Shown here: piece after piece, positions 10,101 to 19,239 of the stretch
Position numbering within the stretch: position 1 is the stretch's first letter
How the letters are laid out: each line of letters opens with the position of its first letter
Assembly (NCBI GenBank): GCA_031429135.1
Contig: JANOYZ010000136.1
Span: 1 to 42,424, forward strand
DNA from: Novosphingobium sp.
Lineage (GTDB): Bacteria > Pseudomonadota > Alphaproteobacteria > Sphingomonadales > Sphingomonadaceae
Length of the DNA: 42,424 nt
Direction: 5' to 3'
Made by a program: the position numbers and the translations under genes
The notes under the pieces: generated by a model
Seen by the model: the letters and a program-made list of their open reading frames with translations, nothing else
Databases searched by the model: none
Told to the model about the DNA's origin: nothing

Positions 10101-10547
10101 CATTTCCGCCAGCTGTTCAGCCGGTTGTTTCAGGGCGGGCAGGCGCATCTGGCGCTGGTTGATTCGGACGACCCGCTGGAAGCGGGCCTCGAGATCTATG
10201 CCCAGCCGCCGGGCAAGCGGCTGCAATCGCTCACCCTGCTGTCTGGCGGCGAGCAGGCGCTGACCGCCATCGCCCTGATTTTCGGCCTGTTTCTCACCAA
10301 TCCCGCGCCGATCTGCGTGCTCGATGAAGTCGATGCGCCGCTTGATGATGCCAATATCGAGCGATTCTGCGATCTGCTCGATGCTATGGTGGCCGAAACC
10401 GACACCCGCTACCTCATCGTCACCCACAATGCCGTGACCATGAGCCGGATGCACCGCCTGTTTGGTGTTACCATGGTTGAACAGGGTGTCTCGCGGCTGG
10501 TGAGCGTCGATCTGGGCGGAGCGGAGGGACTGCTGGCGGCGCAATAA
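7122..10547 (+). CDS. smc: Chromosome segregation protein SMC
   Basis: GFKSF, Walker A GPNGCGKSN, long coiled coils around a hinge, signature LSGGEQ, Walker B LDEVDAPLD, VTHN. Confidence 0.98.
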   Translation: MRIKRLRLTGFKSFVEPADLRIEVGLTGVVGPNGCGKSNLLEAIRWVMGENSPKSLRSGGMDDVIFAGTAQRPARDFAEVVLHAEDSEGDELEVVRRIERGAGSAYRVNGRDVRAKDVSLVFADAATGAHSPALVSQGKIAAVIAAKPAERRQMLEEAAGIAGLHVRRKDAEQKLRATEANLARLQDIMGQLDQQISVLRRQARAAERYIAVSDKIRLAEARLVFARWRDAAAAADAARAEASGAEARVAQAQGVMKAAQEAQGTLAQKLVDARDELADRRDDASAHGHRQASLTSQLEAAEERLKDLDRQRTRLEEDRGDADRLTHDAADALARLEKELAEGQAALTRDEARRPELVNALDNADRAARTAELTLAQATAAQAGVEAEWRVAEAELAGTEQRLARLANEVARQEDLRSALTREGDPDTALKTANAGRLAKEHALAEARAALEAQQARKAELQVLRDTASSALATAKAELAGIEREHGALLRDREARARQAKGSHGLPQALDKLRAEPGYERALAAVLGRDAKSPLGEAPDDMEGRFWSGAKAPAPVKDNLAAHVPTCPPQLAARLALVHVVESDDNRALVPGEWLVTRAGALRRWDGFVARGEGAAEAARLEAENRFAALEAELPAKRAAASEAEATAQAVQSELGALQLTVIASERTVAAAADAERTALRALDQAEAAKARLEARREELAAAALDLADQRRQVETERDSAASRRAVLPDPESGRAQLAAAQGKHDAARQAMQASMAALAAHDQALAVARERTSAQRTEIGGWRTRAGDAANRLAAMTRRFEEIEQERAVVAAKPPSLLREIEEGDAIRMRLSAELAAAETAVATIGDEARQADTAFAAVNEVLASARESRAGAAARAENEEERRAEMGRISGERFQCPPPLLPERFAFDGESVAASAEESAMMDRLTAERERLGPVNLVAAEELTQAEARHGTSIAEQAELAEAVNRLRGSIGNLNREGRERLRAAFEAVDGHFRQLFSRLFQGGQAHLALVDSDDPLEAGLEIYAQPPGKRLQSLTLLSGGEQALTAIALIFGLFLTNPAPICVLDEVDAPLDDANIERFCDLLDAMVAETDTRYLIVTHNAVTMSRMHRLFGVTMVEQGVSRLVSVDLGGAEGLLAAQ

Positions 10548-10562
10548 GCGACAGCGTCTCGC

Positions 10563-10730
10563 TCAGAAATCCACGGCAATCCCATCGCGCACCCAATCAC
10601 CATAACGCGTCGGAGAAAGCCCGGCGGGGTCTTCCTCAGCCTTGGGCGCTTGCGGTTCGGGCGCAGGATCATTGGTCCAATGCGCGGGCTTGGTGAAAGG
10701 CTGGGGCCGTTTGGTGGCGCGGGTGGTCAT
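10563..10730 (-). CDS. DUF1674 family protein (Sdh8/SDHAF4-like), 55 aa
   Basis: PTRYGDWVRDGIAVDF C-terminus matches the PTRYGDWExKG-xx-DF signature; it is only the last 55 aa of track ORF 10563..11738; GAGG upstream of ATG 10730. Confidence 0.88.
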   Translation of the reverse strand: MTTRATKRPQPFTKPAHWTNDPAPEPQAPKAEEDPAGLSPTRYGDWVRDGIAVDF

Positions 10731-10784
10731 GCGGTGTTGATGCCTCCTCTGGCGGCGCGATGCAACTGGGTCTAGGGGGCGCCG

Positions 10785-12014
10785 ATGGACATTCCCGGAC
10801 TTCCCGCCCGCCGCGCCGCGCTGCGCCTGCTTGATGCCGTGCTGCACCGGGGCGAAACGCTTGATTCTGCGACGCACAATGCCTGTCAGGGGATCGTTGG
10901 CGGGCCGGACCGGGCACTGGCGCGGGCGCTGGCCGCCGAAGCACTGCGCTGGATGACCGATCTTGATGGGCTGATCGATGCCGCCATGCGTCTGCCGCTG
11001 GCTGACGATGCCAAGGTGCGTTCGGTGCTGCGGCTGATGCTGGCCGGCTGGCTGCGGCTGGACACACCGCCGCATGCGGTGATCGCCACCGCCCTGCCGT
11101 TGCTGGTCGGCGGACCGCGGCGGCTGGCGCATGGCGTGTTCTCGACACTGGTCAAGCAGGACGTCAAACTGCCCAAATCGCCCAGCCTGCCCGAAGCTGT
11201 CGCCGATCGCTGGGGCGAAGGCGCTGCCGCCATCGCCGCCGGACTGACCGTGCCGCCGCCGCTTGACCTTATTCTGCGCGATCCAGCGACCACCACCGAG
11301 TGGGCTGAGCGGCTCGGCGGGGTATCGTTGATCCCCGGCCATGTCCGTTTGCCGCGCGGCGATGCCATCGAAAATCTCGCCGGTTTCGACGAAGGGGCAT
11401 GGTGGGTGCAGGATCTCGCCGCCAGCATTCCGGCGCATCTTCTGGGGGCGGGAAACGAGCGCAGGGTGCTTGATCTGTGCGCCGCACCCGGCGGTAAAAC
11501 CCTGCAACTTGCCGCTGCCGGCTGGCTGGTCACGGCGCTTGATATGAGCGCGAAACGGCTTGAACGGCTGGCGGAAAACCTCTCGCGGACGGGGTTGTCT
11601 GCCACTCTGGTCGAGGCCGATATGCTCGAATGGCAGCCCGGTGCCCCCTTCGATGCCGTGCTGCTCGATGCGCCCTGCACCGCCACTGGCACCTGCCGCC
11701 GCCATCCCGATGTGCTCCACCGCATCGGCGCGCGGCATATCGCCGAGATGTCAGAATTGCAGAGCACCCTGCTCGAACGGGCGGCAAAATGGCTGAAACC
11801 GGGCGGTCGGCTGGTCTATGCGGTCTGCTCGCAGGAGCACGAGGAAGGCGAGGATCAGGCGCGCAAGGTGACGCTGACGCCTGACCCGATCAGCGCCGAC
11901 GAACTGCCCGACGGCATCGATCCGACGAGCGAAGGCTGGCTGCGTACCGATCCCGGAATGCTCAAATGGTCAGGCGGGCTGGACGGCTTCTTCGCGGCGC
12001 GGTGGCAGGCCTAA
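10785..12014 (+). CDS. RsmB/NOP family RNA m5C methyltransferase with NusB-like N-terminus
   Basis: [40 protein letters not shown]. Confidence 0.93.
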   Translation: MDIPGLPARRAALRLLDAVLHRGETLDSATHNACQGIVGGPDRALARALAAEALRWMTDLDGLIDAAMRLPLADDAKVRSVLRLMLAGWLRLDTPPHAVIATALPLLVGGPRRLAHGVFSTLVKQDVKLPKSPSLPEAVADRWGEGAAAIAAGLTVPPPLDLILRDPATTTEWAERLGGVSLIPGHVRLPRGDAIENLAGFDEGAWWVQDLAASIPAHLLGAGNERRVLDLCAAPGGKTLQLAAAGWLVTALDMSAKRLERLAENLSRTGLSATLVEADMLEWQPGAPFDAVLLDAPCTATGTCRRHPDVLHRIGARHIAEMSELQSTLLERAAKWLKPGGRLVYAVCSQEHEEGEDQARKVTLTPDPISADELPDGIDPTSEGWLRTDPGMLKWSGGLDGFFAARWQA

Positions 12015-12556
12015 CCCTTCACCCGTCCTGCAAAACTCTTGCGCAATTTCTGAAGCTTGGGTGGAATCACCGCGAGGCAATAGGGGTTGCGCTGGCCTTC
12101 GCCCAGCCAGTATTCCTGATGATAGTCCTCGGCCGGATACCATGTTGCCGGACCCTCGATGGTGGTGACCACCGGCACTTCGCGCTCGGCCTGAGCGCGG
12201 GCTATCGCCGCCTCAGCCTCAGCACGCTGGGCATCACCCAACGGGAAAATCGCCGAGCGATACTGCGTGCCCACATCATTGCCCTGCCGGTTCAGTTGCG
12301 TCGGATCATGCGTCGCCATGAAAATGTCGAGCAGATCGCCCAGCGCCAGTGCATCGGGATCGAAAGAGACCCGTATCGCCTCTGCATGGCCAGTGCTACC
12401 CGAGCAGACCGCCTTGTAAGTGGGATCCGGCACCGAGCCACCGATATAACCACTTTCGACCTCACTCACGCCGATGACATCGCGGAACACCGCTTCGGTA
12501 CACCAGAAGCATCCGCCCGCCATAATTGCCGTTGCAGTTCCAGCCATTTGTCCCAT
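12011..12556 (-). CDS. msrA: Peptide-methionine (S)-S-oxide reductase
   Basis: GGCFWC active site, [33 protein letters not shown]. Confidence 0.97.
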   Translation of the reverse strand: MGQMAGTATAIMAGGCFWCTEAVFRDVIGVSEVESGYIGGSVPDPTYKAVCSGSTGHAEAIRVSFDPDALALGDLLDIFMATHDPTQLNRQGNDVGTQYRSAIFPLGDAQRAEAEAAIARAQAEREVPVVTTIEGPATWYPAEDYHQEYWLGEGQRNPYCLAVIPPKLQKLRKSFAGRVKG

Positions 12557-12625
12557 ACTCCTTTGTCAGGATAGATAGGCGCGGGGTGGGCGCTTGTCAT
12601 CGCCCACAAATGAAAGAACCGGAAT

Positions 12626-13468
12626 ATGCTTCGTCTGATTGCAATCGCTGCCTGCCTTGCCCTTGCGCTTCCCGGTGCTGTGCAGGCCCAAGCCAGCAAG
12701 CAGAGCTCTACAGCCAATCAGGCACTCGCCGAGGCAATCGCCGATCCGCGCCGTAATGAGGATCGGCCGCGCGATGTCCATCGCCACCCCGCTCAAACGC
12801 TAAGCTTCTTCGGTGTTGCCCCGGAGATGAAGGTGGGTGAATATGCCCCCGGCGGTGGCTGGTATTCCCGGCTGCTGGGGCTGTACCTGGGGCCAAAGGG
12901 CACGTTCACCGGCCTGTTTTTCAACCCGGTGCATGATGCCTTCAGCGACAAGGCCAAACAGGGCATCCGTGATGGTGCCGCCAAATTCCCGGCCGAGGTC
13001 GCCGGTTGGTCGGGGCTGCCAGCAGAGCGATTTTCCGCCTTTACGCTTGGCAGCGTCCCCGACGGCGAGAAGGGCAGCTTCGATCGCATTCTGGTCATCC
13101 GCATGATGCACAATCTTGTGCGTTGGAATAACGCCGACAGCGAGATCAAGACCTTGCGCGATCTGCTCAAACCCGATGGCATGATCGGCATTGTCCAGCA
13201 CCGCGCCAAACGTAATGCGCCCTTTGCCTATACCGACGGCAGCAAGGGCTATCTGCGTGAGGCGGATGTGATCCGTTTCATGGAAATGAACGGCTTCGCA
13301 CTGGTCCGGAAGTCCGAAATCAACGCCAATCGCAAGGACAGCGCCGATTGGCCCGAAGGCGTCTGGACCCTGCCGCCCAACCTGCGCCTCAAAGAGCAGG
13401 ACAAGGCAAAATATCTTGCCATTGGCGAGAGTGACAGGATGACACTTCTGTTCCGCAAGCGCCCCTGA
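12626..13468 (+). CDS. Exported predicted class I SAM-dependent methyltransferase (COG4798-like)
   Basis: Signal peptide; RDVHRHPAQTLSFFG, EYAPGGGWYS, LKPDG, HRA, VWTLPP, IGESDRMTLLFRK. Confidence 0.82.
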   Translation: MLRLIAIAACLALALPGAVQAQASKQSSTANQALAEAIADPRRNEDRPRDVHRHPAQTLSFFGVAPEMKVGEYAPGGGWYSRLLGLYLGPKGTFTGLFFNPVHDAFSDKAKQGIRDGAAKFPAEVAGWSGLPAERFSAFTLGSVPDGEKGSFDRILVIRMMHNLVRWNNADSEIKTLRDLLKPDGMIGIVQHRAKRNAPFAYTDGSKGYLREADVIRFMEMNGFALVRKSEINANRKDSADWPEGVWTLPPNLRLKEQDKAKYLAIGESDRMTLLFRKRP

Positions 13469-13481
13469 TAAAGGCGGCGGC

Positions 13482-14333
13482 ATGAGCACGCTTAATGTCG
13501 CCGCGCTGCAATTGCCGCTGGGCTCGTCCGATGAGGGCGAGAACATTGCCGCCGTCTCGGCACTGGTCGAACAGGCGGCGGGCGCTGGCGCTCAGGTGAT
13601 CCTGCCGCCCGAGCTGTTCTCCGGGCCATACTTCTGCCGCACCGAGGACGAGGCGTTGTTTGCCCTCGCAAGGCCGGTGACAGAGCACCCCTCGGTAGTC
13701 GCCATGCAGGCGCTGGCCGCTGCGCTCAAGGTCGCGATCCCCACCAGCTTTTTCGAGCGCGACGGCCACCACTACTACAACACAGTCGCCATGATCGGAC
13801 CCGACGGTGCGATCATGGGCACTTACCGCAAGAGCCATATCCCCGACGGACCCGGCTATGAGGAAAAGTATTACTTCCGACCGGGCAACGATGGTTTCAA
13901 GGTGTGGGACGTGTTTGGCGCGCGCATCGGCATCGGCATCTGCTGGGATCAGTGGTATCCTGAGTCTGCGCGGGTGATGGCGCTGATGGGTGCGGAGGTG
14001 CTGTTCTATCCCACCGCCATCGGATCCGAGCCCTATGACGACCAGCTTGACACCAGCCGCATGTGGCGGCGCGCCATGCAGGGCCATGCGGTTTCGAACT
14101 GTATGCCGGTGATCGCCGCCAACCGCATCGGCAGCGAAGCTGGACAGAGCTTCTACGGTCACAGCTTCATCGCCGATGAATGGGGCGATCTGGTGCAGCA
14201 CTTTGGCGCAGAGGATACCGGTGTGCTGGTGCAGCACCTTGATCTGGACCGTTCGGCAAAACACCGCGCCGGCATGGGCTTTTTCCGCGATCGTCGCCCG
14301 CAGCTCTACGGCCGCATCGCTCAGGATATCTGA
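13482..14333 (+). CDS. aguB: N-carbamoylputrescine amidase
   Basis: Nitrilase triad motifs PELF, YRKSHIPDGPGYEEKYYF, ICWDQWYPE; YPTAIGSEP; FFRDRRP. Confidence 0.93.
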   Translation: MSTLNVAALQLPLGSSDEGENIAAVSALVEQAAGAGAQVILPPELFSGPYFCRTEDEALFALARPVTEHPSVVAMQALAAALKVAIPTSFFERDGHHYYNTVAMIGPDGAIMGTYRKSHIPDGPGYEEKYYFRPGNDGFKVWDVFGARIGIGICWDQWYPESARVMALMGAEVLFYPTAIGSEPYDDQLDTSRMWRRAMQGHAVSNCMPVIAANRIGSEAGQSFYGHSFIADEWGDLVQHFGAEDTGVLVQHLDLDRSAKHRAGMGFFRDRRPQLYGRIAQDI

Positions 14334-14339
14334 AGCGGC

Positions 14340-14843
14340 GTGACCTATCGCTATCTCATCGCGCTGGGATCGAACCAGCCGCATCACCGGCATGGCAGCC
14401 CGCGCAAGGTGCTGGTAGCGGCCTTGCAGCAGCTAAGCCGCAAGCCTGTCACGCTGCTCAGCGCCGCCCCCATCATCGAAAGCGCGCCGCTCGGCCCGTC
14501 GCGCCGCCGCTATGCCAATAGCGCGGCACTGGTGAAGACCAGACTCTCACCGGAACAACTGCTGGGTCAGCTTCAGCACATTGAGGACACATTTGGCCGC
14601 AGACGCAGCGGGCAGAGCTGGGGGCCGCGCGTGCTCGACCTTGACATCGTGCTGTGGAGCGAGGGCGCTTTTGCCTCGCCAGACCTGATCATTCCCCACC
14701 CGGAATTCCGCAGCCGCAGCTTCGTCCTCACCCCGGCACTGGCCCTGGCTCCAGGCTGGCGCGATCCGATCACCGGATTAAAGCTGCGCCATCTGCATTT
14801 CCGGTTGACCCGGCGCTTGACCACCCCCCATCGCCTCCCCTAG
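14340..14843 (+). CDS. folK: 2-amino-4-hydroxy-6-hydroxymethyldihydropteridine diphosphokinase
   Basis: IALGSN, IEDTFGRRR, WGPRVLDLDIV, IPHP, RSFVLTP. Confidence 0.95.
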   Translation: MTYRYLIALGSNQPHHRHGSPRKVLVAALQQLSRKPVTLLSAAPIIESAPLGPSRRRYANSAALVKTRLSPEQLLGQLQHIEDTFGRRRSGQSWGPRVLDLDIVLWSEGAFASPDLIIPHPEFRSRSFVLTPALALAPGWRDPITGLKLRHLHFRLTRRLTTPHRLP

Positions 14844-14860
14844 GGCAGCCCGCGTGGTGA

Positions 14861-14936
14861 GGGCCCTTAGCTCAGTCGGTAGAGCAACTGACTTTTAATC
14901 AGTAGGTCGCTGGTTCGAACCCAGCAGGGCTCACCA
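14861..14936 (+). tRNA. tRNA-Lys (anticodon UUU)
   Basis: 76 nt; acceptor GGGCCCT/AGGGCTC, D arm TAGCTCAGTCGGTAGAGC, anticodon arm CTGA-CT-TTT-AA-TCAG, GGTTCGAACCC T loop, encoded CCA. Confidence 0.98.
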
Positions 14937-15007
14937 TAGTTTTCAAAACAGACTGAAAACCTGTTTGGTCCCTCAACGACCGGCGTTTTCTCGATCCGTC
15001 CCCTTCC

Positions 15008-15039
15008 GCCGCAACGGGGGCGGCCGCCCCCGTTGCGGC
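15008..15039. repeat. Perfect 32-bp palindrome with no spacer
   Basis: GCCGCAACGGGGGCGG followed directly by its reverse complement CCGCCCCCGTTGCGGC. Confidence 0.92.
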
Positions 15040-15080
15040 AAACCATTCTGGCCCAAACGGACAGCAAAGTCATAAGACAA

Positions 15081-15182
15081 GCGTGATGCGAAAAAGTGGG
15101 CACCGGTTTTTCATAATAAACCACGCGAAAACAAATAATTATAGAGCATGATGTGATTCAGACTAAGCGCATCATGCTATAG
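15081..15182. repeat. Composite intergenic repeat, modules A+B (CIR-like)
   Basis: GCGTGATGCGAAAAAGTGGGCACCGGTTTTTC...CACGC, linker GAAAACAAA, then AGCATGATG-TGATTCAGACTAAGCG-CATCATGCT; near-identical to 35563-35669. Confidence 0.92.
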
Positions 15183-15188
15183 CCACGT

Positions 15189-16466
15189 TCACTCCGCCGC
15201 CTTCCTCTCCAAATGCCAGACAGGGTCAGCATCCAGCGCCGATAACCGCGCCGTCTCCGCGCTGATGTAATCGCGCGTCATTGGCACGGCATCGCGGCGT
15301 TTGACGGACTGGATGTGGAAGTTGACCAGTTCACCATAGCGGAAGCTGCTCTCGAATCCGGCGAGGTAGAACTGCCACATGCGGAACATCCGGGCATCAT
15401 AAAGCGCGGTGATTTCAGCCTCGTGCATGGTCGTGCGGCGATACCATTCGGCCAGCGTCAAGGCATAGTGATAGCGCAGCTCTTCGAAATCGGACACCGC
15501 CCAGCCGGTATGTTCCAGCGCGTCCACCAGATGGCTGAGTGAGGGGACGAAGCCGCCGGGGAAGATATATTTGCGCGTCCACTTATCGGTCCTGCCCGGC
15601 GGTCCGGCGCGGCCGATAGTGTGGGTCAGCATGATGCCGCCATCGGCCAGCAGTTCATGCGTCTTGGCGAAATATTCGTGGTAATGCATCGCGCCGACAT
15701 GCTCGATCATGCCGACGCTGGTGATCCGGTCAAATTGCCCGGTGACATCGCGGTAATCGATCAGTTCGAACTTGACCTTGTCAGACACGCCAGCCGCAGC
15801 GGCGCTTTCCTGTGCGAACCTCACCTGATCCGGCGCGAGGGAAACGCCCAGCACTTCGCAGCCGAAATGGCGGTGGAGATAGAGCGCCAGCCCGCCCCAG
15901 CCGCAACCGATATCGAGCACTTTCATCCCTGAACTCTGGCCCGGCGGCAAATTCAGCTTGGCGGCAATCAGCGCCAGTTTGTCGAGCTGGGCGCGCTCCA
16001 GAGTGGCATCGGGCTGGCGGTAATAGCCCATCGAATAGATCCGGTTCTCATCGAGGAACAGCTCGTAGAACTGGCGGGTCAGATCATAATGATGCTTGAC
16101 GTTCTTGCTCGCCTTGGGCCGCAGATTGATCTGATCGAGCTTGGCGGCGGCGATATCGACCATGCGCCGCAAGGGTCCGTGGGGTGAGATCGAGACCTTG
16201 TTCGCCCGCGCGCCGGAAATCACCAGCAGGATAAAGCTGCGGATGTCATGCGGCGGTTCGATGACCATGCGTCCGTCCATATAGACTTCGCCCGCGCCGA
16301 CGCCGGGGTTGCGGGCGATATGCATGGCCGCACCCTTGTCGGTGAAGCGGATGCGCACCGGATCGGCATCCGGCTTGCCGTAACGGTATTCCTTACCACC
16401 GAAATCAGTGACAATGAGCTGACCTTCACGGATCAGCCGGGCGAGCATCTTGTCGAGTAACCACAT
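15189..16466 (-). CDS. Cyclopropane-fatty-acyl-phospholipid synthase family methyltransferase
   Basis: NVKHHYDL, FLDENRIYS, VLDIGCGWGG, FDRITSVGMIEHVG, KYIFPGG, HYALTL, RMWQFYL; start ATG 16466. Confidence 0.92.
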   Translation of the reverse strand: MWLLDKMLARLIREGQLIVTDFGGKEYRYGKPDADPVRIRFTDKGAAMHIARNPGVGAGEVYMDGRMVIEPPHDIRSFILLVISGARANKVSISPHGPLRRMVDIAAAKLDQINLRPKASKNVKHHYDLTRQFYELFLDENRIYSMGYYRQPDATLERAQLDKLALIAAKLNLPPGQSSGMKVLDIGCGWGGLALYLHRHFGCEVLGVSLAPDQVRFAQESAAAAGVSDKVKFELIDYRDVTGQFDRITSVGMIEHVGAMHYHEYFAKTHELLADGGIMLTHTIGRAGPPGRTDKWTRKYIFPGGFVPSLSHLVDALEHTGWAVSDFEELRYHYALTLAEWYRRTTMHEAEITALYDARMFRMWQFYLAGFESSFRYGELVNFHIQSVKRRDAVPMTRDYISAETARLSALDADPVWHLERKAAE

Positions 16467-16520
16467 GGGGTGTGAGACTATTAGCCTGCGCCCGATTGGC
16501 AAGCCCCTACCGAGTGAAAA

Positions 16521-17105
16521 TCAGCCCAGCCAGCCCAGAACTTCGCTCAATTGCCACAGCCCCAGCATCAGAAACAGCGCGGCGGCGGTGAGACGAGCGG
16601 CTTTCATCGAAACCCGCTTCACCAGCGCCTCGCCAAAGAAAACGGCGGGGACATTGGCGATCATCATGCCCAGAGTGGTGCCAGCGGCAACGATGAGAAC
16701 ATCGCGGTAATGGGCGGCAAGCGCAATGGTGGCAACTTGCGTCTTGTCGCCGATCTCGACGAAGAAGAAAGAAACCAGCGTGGTCAGGAATGCGCTGCCA
16801 CGCCGCCGCACCGCGCCTTCCTCATCATCGTCAAGCTTGTCAGGCACCAGAATCCACCCGGCCATGACGATGAACCCCAGCGCGACGGCAATGCGGAACC
16901 ACGGGGCTTCCAGCAGCCCCGCCACCTCACGCCCGACCAGCGCCGCAAGAGCATGGTTGGCCAGGGTCGCCACGAAGATTCCGGCGATGATTTGCCACGG
17001 CGCGCGCAACCGTGCGGCGAGCAGGATCGCCAGCAGCATGGTCTTGTCGCCAATCTCGGCGAGGGCAACGACGGCAGTTGAGGTCAGCAGGGCTTCAAAC
17101 ATCAT
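16521..17105 (-). CDS. TMEM165/GDT1 (UPF0016) Mn2+/Ca2+ transporter
   Basis: Two EIGDKT motifs, hydrophobic helices, acidic loop PDKLDDDEE. Confidence 0.93.
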   Translation of the reverse strand: MMFEALLTSTAVVALAEIGDKTMLLAILLAARLRAPWQIIAGIFVATLANHALAALVGREVAGLLEAPWFRIAVALGFIVMAGWILVPDKLDDDEEGAVRRRGSAFLTTLVSFFFVEIGDKTQVATIALAAHYRDVLIVAAGTTLGMMIANVPAVFFGEALVKRVSMKAARLTAAALFLMLGLWQLSEVLGWLG

Positions 17106-17863
17106 GTCAGTCCGCGCGCCAGATAAAGCACATCGCGCGGCTGGGCGAGCAGGTGCTGACCGGAATCGACGAACAGCGTCTCACCGCTCGCCAGCCATCC
17201 ATCGCACAGGAACAATGCGGCATCGGCCAGTTCCTGCGGATCGGTAAGGCGGTGCAACAGGTTCATCCGCCCGCTCACCTCGTGCTCCTCGTTGCGCTGG
17301 TCAAAGCTGGGCAGCATGGCACCGGGGGCGAGGCCATGAATGCGGTCAGCGGGGCCGACTTTGCTTTGCGCCATCGCCAGCATTCTGGTCGCGGATGAAA
17401 GCGCGTACTTGGCCATGGTGTAGGAGAAGAAATCGGGATTGGGATTGCGCAGCTTCTGATCAAGCACATTGACCACGCGCCGTCCGCCGGTTGCAGTGGA
17501 CTGAGCGAGGAAGCACTGGGCCAGTATTACCGGTGCCTCGGCATTGACCCCCATCGTTTCGGAGAAAACGGCTGGATCAAGCGCCTGAGCCGTATCGGAA
17601 TCGAACATGGCCGCGCAGTTGATCAGCGCGCGCCAGTCTGGCAGCCGCTCGGCGAGATGACCGACCATTGCCATGCAGGCGGCGCTATCACCAAGCTCGC
17701 AAGCGATGATCTCAGCCGAAGGCAGGCTATCAGCCAGCGCCTGTGCGTCTTCGGCCGAATCGCGGTGGTGGATCACCACGTGCCAGCCAGCCGTGCCAAA
17801 GGCCTCGGCCATAGTGCGACCGATCCGTTTGGTGGCTCCGGTGATCAGAATGGCAGGCTTCAT
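17102..17863 (-). CDS. Short-chain dehydrogenase/reductase, pteridine-reductase-like
   Basis: ITGATKRIG variant nucleotide motif, VVIHH, VVNVLDQ, YTMAK (YxxxK), VDSGQHL. Confidence 0.88.
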   Translation of the reverse strand: MKPAILITGATKRIGRTMAEAFGTAGWHVVIHHRDSAEDAQALADSLPSAEIIACELGDSAACMAMVGHLAERLPDWRALINCAAMFDSDTAQALDPAVFSETMGVNAEAPVILAQCFLAQSTATGGRRVVNVLDQKLRNPNPDFFSYTMAKYALSSATRMLAMAQSKVGPADRIHGLAPGAMLPSFDQRNEEHEVSGRMNLLHRLTDPQELADAALFLCDGWLASGETLFVDSGQHLLAQPRDVLYLARGLT

Positions 17864-17902
17864 GCGGTGCAGCCAAGCACAGTCTGGTGAAGCAGGATAG
17901 CC

Positions 17903-19204
17903 CTAACCCAGCGCCGCCTGCTTCTCATCAGCCAGACGATCCAGTTCGGCGCGGCTCATTTTCTGTGCTGCGGTCTTGAGCTGGCCACAGGCGGCATCGA
18001 TATCGCGGCCACGCGGGGTGCGGATCGGGGCGCTGATGCCCGATTCAAAGATGATCTCGGAAAAGCGCCGGATGCGATCTGGCGCAGAGCATTCATAGAT
18101 TGCCCCCGGCCAGGGGTTGAACGGGATCAGGTTGACCTTGGCGGGCAGGCGGTAGTGCTTGATCAGCCGCACCAGCTCACGCGCATCGTCATCGCTGTCA
18201 TTCTTGTCCTTGAGCATGACATATTCAAAGGTGATACGCCGCGCGTTGGACGCCTTGGGATAGTCGGCGCAGGCTTGCAGCAGTTCTTCGAGGCCGTATT
18301 TGCGGTTGATCGGCACGATCTCGTCGCGCACTTCCTTGGTCACCGCATGGAGCGAGACGGCAAGGTTGACGCCGATTTCCTCGCCCGCACGAACCATCAT
18401 CGGCACCACGCCGCTGGTCGAAAGCGTGATGCGCCGCCTGGACAGCGCCAGTCCTTCATGGTCCATCACCAGCTTCAGCGCATCGCGGACATTGTCAAAG
18501 TTATACAGCGGTTCGCCCATGCCCATCATGACGATATTGGTCAGCAGCCGTCCGTTTGATGAATAACTGCCGCCGCCGATTTCATCATCGTCTTCATCAT
18601 CATCGCCGTCTTCGTCCTCGGGGTCCGCAAAGCTGGCCGCTCCGAAACCAGACATTGTCCCGTTGGGCCATTCACCCAGCGCATCGCGGGCGAGCATGAC
18701 CTGGCCGACAATCTCGCCGGGGGTGAGGTTGCGCACCAGCCGCATGGTGCCGGTGTGGCAGAACCGGCAATTGAGCGTGCAGCCGACCTGTGATGAAACG
18801 CACAGCGTGCCGCGCGCCTCATCGGGGATGAAGACCATCTCGAACTCATGACCATCATCGGTGCGCAGCAACCACTTGCGGGTGCCGTCCACCGAATGCT
18901 GGGCGAGCACAATCTCCGGGCGGCCAATGACGAAGCGTTCGGCAAGCCATGGCCGCATGGTCTTGGCGATGTCAGTCATCGCGTCAAACTCGGTCACGCC
19001 GCGGTGGTAGATCCAGTGATAGACTTGCTTGCCGCGCAACTTGGCGGCCTTGGCATCCAGCCCGGCACTGGCGAACAGCTCGGCAATCCGCAGCTTGGGC
19101 AGGCCAAGCAGATCGATGCGGCCATCGCCGCGCGGGGTGATGTCGCGCGGTATGGTGACGGGATCGGTGTGGCCGGGAATTTGCATGAGGTTGGTGTCTG
19201 CCAT
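17903..19204 (-). CDS. rlmN: 23S rRNA A2503 / tRNA A37 C2-methyltransferase RlmN
   Basis: [20 protein letters not shown] radical-SAM motif, [27 protein letters not shown]. Confidence 0.98.
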   Translation of the reverse strand: MADTNLMQIPGHTDPVTIPRDITPRGDGRIDLLGLPKLRIAELFASAGLDAKAAKLRGKQVYHWIYHRGVTEFDAMTDIAKTMRPWLAERFVIGRPEIVLAQHSVDGTRKWLLRTDDGHEFEMVFIPDEARGTLCVSSQVGCTLNCRFCHTGTMRLVRNLTPGEIVGQVMLARDALGEWPNGTMSGFGAASFADPEDEDGDDDEDDDEIGGGSYSSNGRLLTNIVMMGMGEPLYNFDNVRDALKLVMDHEGLALSRRRITLSTSGVVPMMVRAGEEIGVNLAVSLHAVTKEVRDEIVPINRKYGLEELLQACADYPKASNARRITFEYVMLKDKNDSDDDARELVRLIKHYRLPAKVNLIPFNPWPGAIYECSAPDRIRRFSEIIFESGISAPIRTPRGRDIDAACGQLKTAAQKMSRAELDRLADEKQAALG

Positions 19205-19239
19205 GGGAGCGGCGCTATAGGCCTGCCTGACCCGCTTGA

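Noticed and set aside
7122-10547. SMC as a Wadjet/MksB or other defence SMC
   Set aside because: Canonical Smc motifs and the usual mutY-DUF721-dsbA-smc context; no jetABD genes
10731-11738. Upstream 336 codons of track ORF 10563..11738
   Set aside because: Antisense to the RsmB-type gene; only the last 55 aa are a credible gene
14867-15124. 85-aa ORF sharing KPVPTFSHHA-like peptide with ORFs 338..697 and 35196..35606
   Set aside because: Shared peptide is just the translated DNA repeat; this ORF is also antisense to tRNA-Lys
14861-15190. Genomic island or prophage integrated at tRNA-Lys
   Set aside because: No integrase and no duplicated tRNA 3' end noticed; housekeeping genes resume within about 250 bp
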